Program-made: the position numbers and the translations under genes | The notes under the pieces: model-generated | Database searches by the model: none | What the model saw: the letters and a program-made list of their open reading frames with translations, nothing else | Told to the model about the DNA's origin: nothing | Part shown: piece by piece, positions 46,818-56,050 of the stretch | How positions within the stretch are numbered: position 1 is the first letter of the stretch | Layout: each line of letters begins with the position of its first letter | Assembly: GCA_964545855.1 (NCBI GenBank) | Contig: CAZJHD010000001.1 | Span: 3,428 to 67,427 of the forward strand | Source of the DNA: an uncultured Planctomycetales bacterium | GTDB taxonomy: Bacteria; Planctomycetota; UBA1135; JACQFD01 | Length of the DNA stretch: 64,000 bases | Reading direction: 5' to 3'

Positions 46818-48197
46818 GTGGCTCTCCTCACGCACCTCCATCCGCCGCTCCCGCCGGCGCCGGCCGATCCGGAGGAGGCGCTCGCACCCTTCGAGCCGTC
46901 GGACGCCGCGCCCTTCGATCGCCGTCTCGCGGCGCACCTCCTGCGCCGCGCGGGCTTCGGCGGCACCCGCGAGGAGGTGGAGGCGGCGGCCGCCGCCGGT
47001 CCGCGCCGCGCCGTCGACGCGCTCGTCGACGCGCCGGCCGATCCGTCGCTCGCCGAGCTCGACGAGGCCATCGAGACGCTCCTCGACTTCGAGGACCCCG
47101 AGCGGCTCCAGGGCTGGTGGACCCTGCGGATGGCGCGCACGCGCGCGCCTCTGCGCGAGAAGGTGGCGCTGTTCCTCCACGGCCACTTCGCCACGGGCTG
47201 GAGGAAGGTGCGCTCCGTGCGCGCGATGTACGGCCAGGCCCGCCTGTTCCTCGACGAGGGGCTCGGATCGTTCCGCGGCGTGGCGCGCCGGATCGCCGCC
47301 GATCCCGCGATGCTCGTCTACCTCGACGGCACGCGGAGCCGTCGCGGGAGTCCGAACGAGAACTTCGCCCGCGAGCTGATGGAGCTCTTCACTCTCGGGC
47401 GCGGGAACTACTCGGAGACCGACATCCGCGAGGCGGCCCGCGCCTTCACCGGCTGGCGCGTCGACGGCGCGACGAGCCGCTTCCACGAGCGCTCCCACGA
47501 CGCCGGGGAGAAGACCGTCTTCGGACACGCGGGCGCCTTCCGCGGAGAGGACGTGGTCGACCTGTGCATCGATCACCCCGCCTGCGCGCCCTTCCTCGCG
47601 GGGAAGCTGCTCCGCTTCCTCCTGATGCCCGCGCCGCCGGAGCCCCTCGTCGCGGCCTTCGCGCGCCGCATCCGCGACGCCGGCTTCGACCTCCGCGAGC
47701 CCCTGCGGACGCTCTTCGCGTCGCGGGTCTTCCATTCGGACGGCGCCTACCGCGCCCTCGTGAAGAGCCCCGCGGAGCTCGCCGCCGGCACGCTCCGCAC
47801 CCTCGGCGGGCGCACGGCGGGGGCGCCGCTCGCGCAGGCCGTGGGCGCCATGGGGCAGGTGCTCTTCGATCCTCCGAGCGTGAAGGGATGGGACGGCGGT
47901 CTCGCCTGGATCCACTCCGCCACCTGGATCGCGCGCGCGCGCTTCGCCGCCCGGGCGACGCGCGACGGCGGCCCGCTCGGCCGCGAGTACTCCCTCGGTG
48001 CGATCTTCGGCGCCGAGGACCGGGCCAGCGCCGACGCCTGCGTGGGTCGCGCCCTCGACCTCCTCGTGCAGGGAGACGTCCCCGAGGCGGCGCGCGCCGC
48101 CCTCGCCGACGCGCTCGGGCGCGCGGGAGTCTCCGACGATGCGCTCCGCTCGCTGCTGCACGCCGTCCTCCTCCTCCCCGAGAGCCATGTCGCCTGA
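46818..48197 (+). CDS. DUF1800 domain-containing protein
   Basis: AAHLLRRAGFGGT, LHGHFAT and SPNENFARELMELFTLGRGNY are hallmark DUF1800 motifs. GTG at 46818, 9 nt after the upstream stop; the start is uncertain. Confidence 0.85.
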   Translation: MALLTHLHPPLPPAPADPEEALAPFEPSDAAPFDRRLAAHLLRRAGFGGTREEVEAAAAAGPRRAVDALVDAPADPSLAELDEAIETLLDFEDPERLQGWWTLRMARTRAPLREKVALFLHGHFATGWRKVRSVRAMYGQARLFLDEGLGSFRGVARRIAADPAMLVYLDGTRSRRGSPNENFARELMELFTLGRGNYSETDIREAARAFTGWRVDGATSRFHERSHDAGEKTVFGHAGAFRGEDVVDLCIDHPACAPFLAGKLLRFLLMPAPPEPLVAAFARRIRDAGFDLREPLRTLFASRVFHSDGAYRALVKSPAELAAGTLRTLGGRTAGAPLAQAVGAMGQVLFDPPSVKGWDGGLAWIHSATWIARARFAARATRDGGPLGREYSLGAIFGAEDRASADACVGRALDLLVQGDVPEAARAALADALGRAGVSDDALRSLLHAVLLLPESHVA

Positions 48198-49449
48198 CGG
48201 ACACCTCCCCATGGACCTCACGCGGCGCGCGTTCCTCGGCGGCGTCCTCGCCATCCCCGCGGTGCGGAGTTGGCTCGAGCCCTTCTCCTTCCTCGCGCCG
48301 CTCGGCGCGAGCGCCGGCGCCGATCCCGACGGTCGCGTCCTCCTCGTGGTGCAGCTCTCGGGGGGGAACGACGGGCTCAACACCGTCGTGCCCGTGGACG
48401 ACGACCTCTACCACCGCGCGCGGCCGACGCTCCGGCTCGCGAAGGGATCGGGCGTCGCCCTGAGCAGCGAGCTCATGCTCCACCCGTCCCTCGGCGCGCT
48501 GCGCGACCTCCACGGCCGGGGCGAGCTCGCCGTCGTCACCAACGTCGGCTACCCCAAGCCCGACCGCTCGCACTTCCGCTCGATGGACATCTGGCACACG
48601 GCGAGCACCGCCGAGCCCGGCGCCACGAGCTCGCCCACGGGCTGGATCGGGCGCGTGGCCGATTCCGTCGGGCTCCGGAGCGGAGACGCGGCCGCGATCC
48701 ACGTCGGCGCGACGGAGCAGCCGCTCTCCCTCGTCGGCGAGCGGATGGTCGTGCCGTCGATCCTCGACGTGGAGAACGCCACCGTCGAGCCGCTGCGTCT
48801 CGACGCGTCGACCGGCTCCGACGGATCGCTCCTGCGCCGACTCGCGGAGGTGCCGCGCGGCGACGCCCTCGCCGCCGCCATCGCCGCCTCGGCGCGCACC
48901 GCCTACGACGCGTCCGACCGGCTCCGCTCCGTCGCCGACTCCTACCGCCCCGGCGCCGTCTACCCGGCGAGCGCGCTCGCGCGGAAGCTCTCGACGGTGG
49001 CGCAGGTGCTCGAGGCGGGCTTCGCGACGCGCATCGTCGCCGTCGAGACCGATGGCTACGACACGCACGCGAACCAGGAGCAGGCCCACGAAGCGCTCCT
49101 CGCGGAGCTCGGTGGAGCCCTGGCAGCCTTCCACGCCGACCTGCGCGCCCACGGGCGCGGCGACCGCGTGCTCACCGTCGTCTTCAGCGAGTTCGGCCGG
49201 CGCGTGAAGGAGAACGCGTCGTCGGGCACCGACCACGGCGCCGCGGGACCGGTCCTGCTGCTCGGGGGCGGCGTGCGGGGCGGCGTCCACGGCGCGCCGC
49301 CGGATCTCGCGCACCTCGACGACGGCGACGTCGTCATGGACACCGACTTCCGCCGCGTCTACGCGACGGCGCTGGACGTCTGGCTCGGCCTTCCCTCGGA
49401 GCCGATCCTCGGCGGACGATTCGCGACGCTCGGCGTGCTGCGGGATTGA
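48187..49449 (+). CDS. DUF1501 domain-containing protein (sulfatase-fold, Tat signal)
   Basis: Tat-like LTRRAFLGG, then VVQLSGGNDGLNTVVP, PDRSHFRSMDIWHT and GTDHGAAGP. Overlaps the DUF1800 stop by 11 nt. Confidence 0.85.
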   Translation: MSPDGHLPMDLTRRAFLGGVLAIPAVRSWLEPFSFLAPLGASAGADPDGRVLLVVQLSGGNDGLNTVVPVDDDLYHRARPTLRLAKGSGVALSSELMLHPSLGALRDLHGRGELAVVTNVGYPKPDRSHFRSMDIWHTASTAEPGATSSPTGWIGRVADSVGLRSGDAAAIHVGATEQPLSLVGERMVVPSILDVENATVEPLRLDASTGSDGSLLRRLAEVPRGDALAAAIAASARTAYDASDRLRSVADSYRPGAVYPASALARKLSTVAQVLEAGFATRIVAVETDGYDTHANQEQAHEALLAELGGALAAFHADLRAHGRGDRVLTVVFSEFGRRVKENASSGTDHGAAGPVLLLGGGVRGGVHGAPPDLAHLDDGDVVMDTDFRRVYATALDVWLGLPSEPILGGRFATLGVLRD

Positions 49450-49594
49450 AGGAGGAGCGAAGCGCGGCACCCTCCTCCGGCCCGCGCGATGTGCGTGCGC
49501 CTGAATCGAGGTCGCCGCGCTCCGTTCTCCGCCGGTCCTCGCCCCGCGATTTCACTGCCGCCGCCGGAGCGCCGGGGAGCCTTCGGAGATTCTC

Positions 49595-50125
49595 ATGAAG
49601 GCTCTGGCCTCCTTCCCCCGACCCGAGATCGCCGGGCGCGACGTCGCGCGGCTCGTCGAGACGCACGAGGCGCCGCTCGCACGCTACCTCGTCTACCTCG
49701 GGTGTCCGGCGGCGGAGGTGCCCGATCTCGTCCAGGAGTCGTTCCTCGCGTTCCTCCGGTCGGGCGCGGAGGACCGGGGCGCCGCGGCGACGGGGACGTG
49801 GTTGCGCACGACGGCGCGGCGACTCTTCCTCCGCTGGGTCGCGCGGCAACGCGTCGCGCCTCGCTTCGAGGACCTCGACGCCGCGGACCGCGCCTGGGAG
49901 GGCTTCGAGCGGGGAGACGGTGGCCGCGGGTACCTCGAGGCGCTCCGCGAATGCGTGCGCGCCCTCGGCGAGCGCGCGCGCCGTGCCCTCGACCTCCAGT
50001 ACCGCGATCGGCTGAGCCGGCGCGAGATCGCGGATGCGTTGGGCCTCGGGGAAGCGGGCGCGAAGAGCCTGCTGGAGCGCACGCGGTCAACGCTGCGCGA
50101 TTGCGTCGCGCGGAGGCTCGCGTGA
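49595..50125 (+). CDS. ECF (group 4) RNA polymerase sigma factor
   Basis: Region 2 (APLARYLVYLGCPAAEVPDLVQESFLAF) and region 4 HTH (LSRREIADALGLGEAGAKSLLERTRSTL). 176 aa. Confidence 0.85.
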   Translation: MKALASFPRPEIAGRDVARLVETHEAPLARYLVYLGCPAAEVPDLVQESFLAFLRSGAEDRGAAATGTWLRTTARRLFLRWVARQRVAPRFEDLDAADRAWEGFERGDGGRGYLEALRECVRALGERARRALDLQYRDRLSRREIADALGLGEAGAKSLLERTRSTLRDCVARRLA

Positions 50126-51381
50126 CGACCGTCCACGACGACCGGATCCTCGACCTGGCGCTCGAGGAGATCCTCGGCGCGCCGCGCGCGGACACGGGCC
50201 GCCGCGTCCTCGACGCCTGGGCGCGCGAGCGCAGCGGGGCAGTGGCTCGAGGGCCGCGTGCGATGAGGCGGATTCCGCGCCGCATCGCGATCGTCGCCGC
50301 GTCGCTCGCGGCGGCGGCTCTCGTGGGCGCTGCCGCGCTCCTCTGGCTTCCGCGCACCGCCGCTCCCATCGCGCATTCGGAGGTGGACCTCTGGGTGCTT
50401 CGAGGCACCGATCTCGAGCAGCGCCGCATCCGCACGGTCCTCGACGGCGACTGGGCCGTGGCGGCCGCCGGCGAGTGGCCCGAGCTCGACGTCTCCGGAG
50501 GCACGCGCCTCGCGCTCCTTCCGGGAGCCCTCCTGCGGCTCGCGATGGAGGACGGCGCGCCGCTCGCGACCCTCGCCGCCGGCGACCTCGAGGTGGCGCA
50601 CGCCGGCGCCGCTCCCTTCTCTCTCGCCGTTCCCCACGGGCGCGTCCGCTTCGAAGGCCCGGCGCGCGTCCGACTCTCCGTGCCTTCGACACCAGGAGTC
50701 GAGCCCATGTCCGTCGAATCGTTCCGATCGTTCCTCCGTCTGCCCGCCGCGGCGAGCCTCTTCGCGCTCCTCGCCGTCGCCGAAGGCTCCGCCATCGTCG
50801 TCACGCCGCAGGGCGAGACGAATGTCGACGCCGGCACGTCCGTCCGCATCGACGACGGGGGCGTGCGCGACGATCTGCCGCCGCTGCCGAAGCCCGGGAA
50901 GGAGCACCGCATCCTCGAGGAGCTCGCCGGCAAGTGGACCGTCGTGCGCCGCATCCGTCCCGAGCCGAGCGCTCCCTGGATCGAGACGAAGGGCACCGAC
51001 GAAGCGGAGATCGTCGCCGGGGGCTTCTTCCTCCTGAGCACGATCCGCGAGGAGGGCCTGGGGATGCGCACCGAGGGGCGGATGTTCTTCGGCTACGACC
51101 CGATGAAGAAGGAGTACGTCTTCTCGTCGGTCTACAGCACGTCCCCCTTGCTCATGAGCGGCGCGGGGACCTTCGACGAGACGAAGCGCCTCTTCACGCT
51201 GCGGACCTCCCTGGACTACCCCGGTCAGGACGAGCCGGTCGCGTTCCGCACGACGATGGATCTCACGAAGAAGGGTGTGCTGCAGATCCAGAGCTTCGTC
51301 ACGCAGAACGGGAAGGAGATCCTCTACATGGAGGCGACGCACACGCGCATCGAGGCGCCGCAGCCCGCGCGCGAGAAGTAG
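50122..51381 (+). CDS. putative anti-sigma factor: cytoplasmic N-terminus, one TM, periplasmic FecR-like region and a C-terminal DUF1579-like domain
   Basis: The GTG start overlaps the sigma gene stop (GTGA). TM IAIVAASLAAAALVGAAALLWL. C-terminal LAGKWTVV...GGFFLLS...FGYDPMKKEYVFSSVYS pattern as recalled for DUF1579. Confidence 0.6.
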   Translation: MTTVHDDRILDLALEEILGAPRADTGRRVLDAWARERSGAVARGPRAMRRIPRRIAIVAASLAAAALVGAAALLWLPRTAAPIAHSEVDLWVLRGTDLEQRRIRTVLDGDWAVAAAGEWPELDVSGGTRLALLPGALLRLAMEDGAPLATLAAGDLEVAHAGAAPFSLAVPHGRVRFEGPARVRLSVPSTPGVEPMSVESFRSFLRLPAAASLFALLAVAEGSAIVVTPQGETNVDAGTSVRIDDGGVRDDLPPLPKPGKEHRILEELAGKWTVVRRIRPEPSAPWIETKGTDEAEIVAGGFFLLSTIREEGLGMRTEGRMFFGYDPMKKEYVFSSVYSTSPLLMSGAGTFDETKRLFTLRTSLDYPGQDEPVAFRTTMDLTKKGVLQIQSFVTQNGKEILYMEATHTRIEAPQPAREK

Positions 51382-51393
51382 CGGCCGAAGAGC

Positions 51394-51460
51394 GTCGCCA
51401 GGCACCTCCCGTCTGCAGCTCGCAGTGCGCGCGAGGGGCGAACGGGAAGTGCCTGGCGAC
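51394..51460 (+). terminator. long hairpin after the anti-sigma gene (19-bp stem with one mismatch, 29-nt loop), with no T-tract
   Basis: GTCGCCAGGCACCTCCCGT (51394-51412) pairs with ACGGGAAGTGCCTGGCGAC (51442-51460) except for one C/A mismatch. Confidence 0.35.
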
Positions 51461-51540
51461 GGTCGTCGGCTCGTTCCGGAGCGGCGCCCCTGCGCCCCCT
51501 TTTCACCGGCGCGCTCTGCCCGTATCACGGCGCGCCTGCC

Positions 51541-53169
51541 ATGGCCAAAACGCCCGGACTCGCCGCGTTCCTTCTCCTCCCTCCGATCTTCGTCGCGCTC
51601 GGCCCCGTGTCGGCGGCCGCGCCTCCCCAGGGCTCCGACGCTCCGGAGACCCACGCGATCCTCCACGCGAAGATCGTCGTCGGCGACGGATCGGTGATCC
51701 TCTCCGGGCGCGTGCTCGTCCACGACGGACGGATCGTCGCCGTCGACGAGGAGCAGCAGTCGCCGCCGGGCGCGCGCGTGATCGACGGCACGGGCCTCAC
51801 GGTCTATCCGGGTTTCGTCGACGGCAGCGTCGTGGGGGGGATCGTTCTCCCGCCCGTCGTGAAGGAGGGCGAGCCCTTCGATCCGTCGCTCGCCGCCTCG
51901 GCGCGCATGCGCGAGATCGACCGGAAGGGGATCCGTCCCGAGGCGTCGGCCCTGGATCTCCTCGACGTCCCGGAGGAGGCCGCCTCCGCGCGGCGGCGGG
52001 CCGGATTCGCGCTCGCACTCTTCGAGCCCGAGCCGGCGACCCTCGGCGGCCGCGCCGCGCTCGCCGATCTGAGCGGCGGACCCCGCCGCGAGACGATCCT
52101 GCGCGCCGACCTCGCGCTCGCGGCGTCGCTGGAGCCGGCGAGCGGCGAGGGATACCCGAGGAGCTCCATGGGCGCGATCGCCCACTTCCGCCAGGCGATC
52201 CTCGACGCGCAGTGGCAGCGCAATGCGTGGAAGAGCTGGGACGAGGGCGTGCGCGACGGCGCCGCGCCGCCGCTCGATCCGATCCTGAGGGCGCTCGAGC
52301 CCTTCCTCGACCGAGGCGCGCCCGTCGCCTTCGAGGCCGACTCGATGCAGGCGATCCATCGCGTGCTCGCGATCTCCGACGAGCTCGGGCTGCGGCCCTG
52401 GATCGTCGGCGGCTCCGAGGCGCATCGGTGCGCCGCGACTCTCGCCGCGCGGAAGGTGCCCGTCCTCCTCACGCTCGAGTTCGGCCCGGAGCCGAAGGAT
52501 CCGAAGGAGAAAGACGACGGGAAGGAGAAGGCGAAGGAAGGGGAGACGAAGGAGGCCGAGCCACCGAAGGACGCCGGCGAGACGCAGGACGCGCCGGCGG
52601 CGGAGTCGAAGCCCGACGCCGCCTCCAAGCCCGAGGACGCTCCGGCCGCGAAGAAGCCCTGGTTCCATCCCGACGCGCCCTCCGAGAAGCAACGCCTGGA
52701 GCGGCGCCGCCATTGGGTCGAGCGCGCGGCGAACGCCTCGGTGCTCGCGAAGGAGGGCGTGCCCCTCGTGCTCACGACGCGCGGCCTGTCGGCGCCGAAG
52801 GACTTCCACGCGGCGCTCGCGAAGGCGATCGACCACGGGTTCCCGAGGGAGACGGCCCTCGCGGCCGTGACGACCACGCCGGCCGAGCTCTTCGGCGCCG
52901 CCGACCGGATGGGCCGCGTCGCCACGGGGCGTCCGGCCTATCTCACCGTCGTGAAGGGCGCCTTCGGCGACAAGGACCTCGCCGTACGGCACGTCTTCGT
53001 GGGTGTGCGCCGCTTCGACTTCGAGGCGGGGGACGACGGCAAGCCTTCCGAGACGCAGCGCGCCGGACGGCGGAGGCCCCGCGACGCGAGCGGCGCCGAG
53101 GACGACGACGATCCCCGAGACGATTCCCACGACGGACACCGCGGCGACGCGCAGGGAGGACTTCGATGA
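51541..53169 (+). CDS. amidohydrolase-fold protein lacking the HxH metal motif, with an internal Lys/Glu/Pro-rich insert
   Basis: Signal peptide. GRIVAVDEE...VIDGTGLTVYPGFVDGS follows the amidohydrolase N-terminal pattern, but GSVVGG replaces D-H-x-H. The C-terminal GRVATGRPAYLTVV is typical of the family. Confidence 0.65.
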   Translation: MAKTPGLAAFLLLPPIFVALGPVSAAAPPQGSDAPETHAILHAKIVVGDGSVILSGRVLVHDGRIVAVDEEQQSPPGARVIDGTGLTVYPGFVDGSVVGGIVLPPVVKEGEPFDPSLAASARMREIDRKGIRPEASALDLLDVPEEAASARRRAGFALALFEPEPATLGGRAALADLSGGPRRETILRADLALAASLEPASGEGYPRSSMGAIAHFRQAILDAQWQRNAWKSWDEGVRDGAAPPLDPILRALEPFLDRGAPVAFEADSMQAIHRVLAISDELGLRPWIVGGSEAHRCAATLAARKVPVLLTLEFGPEPKDPKEKDDGKEKAKEGETKEAEPPKDAGETQDAPAAESKPDAASKPEDAPAAKKPWFHPDAPSEKQRLERRRHWVERAANASVLAKEGVPLVLTTRGLSAPKDFHAALAKAIDHGFPRETALAAVTTTPAELFGAADRMGRVATGRPAYLTVVKGAFGDKDLAVRHVFVGVRRFDFEAGDDGKPSETQRAGRRRPRDASGAEDDDDPRDDSHDGHRGDAQGGLR

Positions 53170-55886
53170 GCCGCGCCACGCTCCTGCTCCGCACTCCCCT
53201 CGCGGCGCTCCTCGTTCCCGCGCTCGCGCTCCCCGTCTCGGGTCGCGTCCAGGGACCCGGCGGCGCCGCGTCGGCTCCGGCCAAGACCAGCGCCGAAGCC
53301 GCCTTCACGGCCCCCGAGTGGCCCGCCGAGATCGACGCCGATCGCGTCCCCACGCTCCGCACGGGAGGGAACGTCCTCATCGAGAACGCGACGATCCTGC
53401 CGGTCTCGTCGCCCATGATCGAGAGGGGCTCGATCCTCGTGCGCGGTGGGAAGATCGCCGCCATCGGCGAACGGCTGTCGGCTCCCGAGGGCACCGTCGT
53501 GATCGACGGCCGCGGCCTCTTCGTGGCACCGGGCTCCGTCGATTGCCATTCGCACCTCGCGATCCACGGCAGCGTGAACGAGATGACCGACTCGATCACG
53601 GCGGAGTGCCGCATCGCCGACGTGATCGACCCCGACGACCTCTCGATCTACCGCGCGCTCGCCGGCGGATCGACGGTGAACCGTCTCCTCCACGGCAGCG
53701 CGAACCCGATCGGCGGCGAGCACGCCGTCGTGAAGCTCAAGTGGAAGCGCACGGCGGCGGAGCTGCTGATGGTGGACGCTCCGCGCGGCATCAAGTTCGC
53801 GCTCGGCGAGAACCCGAAGCGCTCGAGCTCCTCGCGCCAGGACGGCCCGTCGCGCTACCCGGCGAGCCGCATGGGGGTCGAGGCCGTGATCCGGCGCGCC
53901 TTCGGCGAGGCGCGCGACCTCCTGGCGCGCCAGAAGTCCGACCTCGAGCGGATCGGACGCGGAGAGAAGGTGGCGCCGCGGCGGCAAGACCTCCGTCTCG
54001 GCACGATCGCCGCGATCGTCGCGGGCGAAGTGGCGATCCACAGCCACTGCTACCGCGCCGACGAGATCCAGATGCTCCTCGAGCTCGCCGAGTCCTTCGG
54101 CGTGCAGGTGAAGACCCTGCAGCACGTGCTCGAGGGCTACATCGTGGCGCCCGAGATCGCGCGGCACGGCGCCGGCGCCTCCACCTTCTCCGACTGGTGG
54201 GCCTACAAGGCCGAGGCCTACGACGCCACGCCCTACAACGCGGCGCTCATGGCGCGCGCGGGCGTGAACGTCTCGCTCAACAGCGACAGCGCGGAGCTCG
54301 TGCGGCGCCTGCACCTCGATTCGGGGAAGACCATCCGCTACGGCATGCTCGCGCCCGACGAGGCGCTCGCCATGGTGACCCTCAACCCGGCGCACCAGCT
54401 CGGCATCGCCGCGCGCGTCGGCTCGCTCGAAGTGGGGAAGGACGCCGACCTCGCGATCTTCGACGGCCACCCGCTCGCCTGCTCCAGCAAGTGCGTCTGG
54501 TCGCTCGTCGACGGCGAGGTGGAGTTCCAGCGGCGCGACGCGTGGACCGAGTACCTGGCGGCCCTCCCGGCGGCGCCGGCGCGCGAGTCGCGGCGATCGT
54601 CCTGGGCGGCGACGACGCCCTGGAGCCCCGCTCCGAAGATCGCCCCTCCGCCCTTCGAGCGCATCGCGATCGTCCGCGGCACCGTCGTGCCCGTCGACGG
54701 GCCCGTCGTCGAGAACGGAACGGTCCTCGTCGAGAACGGCGTGATCACGGCCCTGGGCGCCGGGCTCCCGGCGCCGGCGGGGGCGGCGGTGATCGACGCC
54801 ACGGGTCTCTTCGTCTATCCCGGTCTCCTCGACGGCGGCTCGCCCGTCGGTCTCGCGGAGATCGGTCAAGTGTCGGCCACCGTCGATCGCGGCGAGGGCG
54901 CCGCGCGGTGGCAGCCGGACATCCTCGCGTCCCGCGCTCTCTCGGCCCGCAGCGAGCACATCGCCGTCGCGCGCGCGAACGGCGTCACGACCGTGCTCGT
55001 GCCGCCCTCGGGCGGCACGATCCAGGGACAGTCGTCGCTCGTGCACCTCGACGGCTGGACCCCCGCGGAGATGCTGGTGGCCGACCCGCTCGCGCTGCAC
55101 GCGAGCTTCCCCTCGCAGTCGTCCTGGGACTCGCAGAAGAGCGACGCGGACAACGAGAAGGAGCGGGAGAAGGTCTACGGCACGAGCACGCGGGAGCTGA
55201 AGGAGGGTTTCGAGCGCGCGGCGGCCTGGGGCCGCGGGCCGCGCACGGGCCCCCGTGATCCGCGGGTCGCCGCCCTCGCTCCCTACGCCCTCGGCGAACG
55301 CCCCGTGATCTTCTCCGTGGGCTCCGCCGTCGAGGCCGTGGCCGCCGTGCGGTTCTCCGAGGAGAACGGCCTGCGGCCGATCCTCCGCATGGACGCGGGC
55401 GAGGCCGGCCGCGTGGCCGCGTTCCTCGCGAAGAAGGACGTGCCCGTGCTCCTGGGCGCCGTGACGTCGCTCCCGCGCTCCGTGTGGGATCCCTACGACA
55501 CCGCCTACAGCGCGCCCCGCCTGCTGCAGGCGGCCGGCGTGCGCTTCGGATTCGCTCTCGGCGATTCGAGCAACCTGCGCAACCTCCCGTTCCAAGCGGG
55601 AATCGCCGTCGCCTTCGGGCTCTCTCCCGAGGCGGCGCTGCGCTCCGTCACGCTCTCGACGGCCGAGATCCTCGGCGTCGACGAGAAGCTCGGCTCGATC
55701 GCCGTCGGGAAGATCGCCGACCTGATCGTGACGGACGGAAGCCCCCTCGAGGTTCGCACGCACGTGAAGCACGCCGTGATCGGCGGCCGCCGCGTCGATC
55801 TCTCGTCGAGGCACACGCGGCTCTACGAGCAGTACCTGCAGCGCCTCTCGCCCGAGCAGCGCGCCGCGGCGGGCCCGGCGCGGTAG
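53166..55886 (+). CDS. tandem amidohydrolase-domain protein (first domain with an intact HxH)
   Basis: The ATG overlaps the upstream stop (ATGA). Signal peptide. GKIAAIGE...VIDGRGLFVAPGSVDCHSHL (HxH). A second domain GVITALG...VIDATGLFVYPGLLDGGSP lacks HxH. C-terminal GSIAVGKIADLIV. Confidence 0.8.
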   Translation: MSRATLLLRTPLAALLVPALALPVSGRVQGPGGAASAPAKTSAEAAFTAPEWPAEIDADRVPTLRTGGNVLIENATILPVSSPMIERGSILVRGGKIAAIGERLSAPEGTVVIDGRGLFVAPGSVDCHSHLAIHGSVNEMTDSITAECRIADVIDPDDLSIYRALAGGSTVNRLLHGSANPIGGEHAVVKLKWKRTAAELLMVDAPRGIKFALGENPKRSSSSRQDGPSRYPASRMGVEAVIRRAFGEARDLLARQKSDLERIGRGEKVAPRRQDLRLGTIAAIVAGEVAIHSHCYRADEIQMLLELAESFGVQVKTLQHVLEGYIVAPEIARHGAGASTFSDWWAYKAEAYDATPYNAALMARAGVNVSLNSDSAELVRRLHLDSGKTIRYGMLAPDEALAMVTLNPAHQLGIAARVGSLEVGKDADLAIFDGHPLACSSKCVWSLVDGEVEFQRRDAWTEYLAALPAAPARESRRSSWAATTPWSPAPKIAPPPFERIAIVRGTVVPVDGPVVENGTVLVENGVITALGAGLPAPAGAAVIDATGLFVYPGLLDGGSPVGLAEIGQVSATVDRGEGAARWQPDILASRALSARSEHIAVARANGVTTVLVPPSGGTIQGQSSLVHLDGWTPAEMLVADPLALHASFPSQSSWDSQKSDADNEKEREKVYGTSTRELKEGFERAAAWGRGPRTGPRDPRVAALAPYALGERPVIFSVGSAVEAVAAVRFSEENGLRPILRMDAGEAGRVAAFLAKKDVPVLLGAVTSLPRSVWDPYDTAYSAPRLLQAAGVRFGFALGDSSNLRNLPFQAGIAVAFGLSPEAALRSVTLSTAEILGVDEKLGSIAVGKIADLIVTDGSPLEVRTHVKHAVIGGRRVDLSSRHTRLYEQYLQRLSPEQRAAAGPAR

Positions 55887-56050
55887 GGCGCGCCGCGGGA
55901 TCGGCCGGGAACTCCTTTCCCGGGGGACGCTTCGCCCGACGCCCTTCGGACGGAGCCGCCGGCGCAAGATCCCCTCAAAGTTTTCCCAGGTTGCCGGCCG
56001 ATAGGAGGCGGGCCGCGAGCGCACTCCCCCGCGCTCGATGGCGTCCGCCG

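Noticed and set aside
49502-49527. Candidate autoregulated ECF promoter TGAATC-N15-CGTTC upstream of the sigma gene
   Set aside because: The -35 has AAT instead of the conserved AAC, the spacing is short, and I cannot score it without a matrix. The evidence is too weak to list as a feature.
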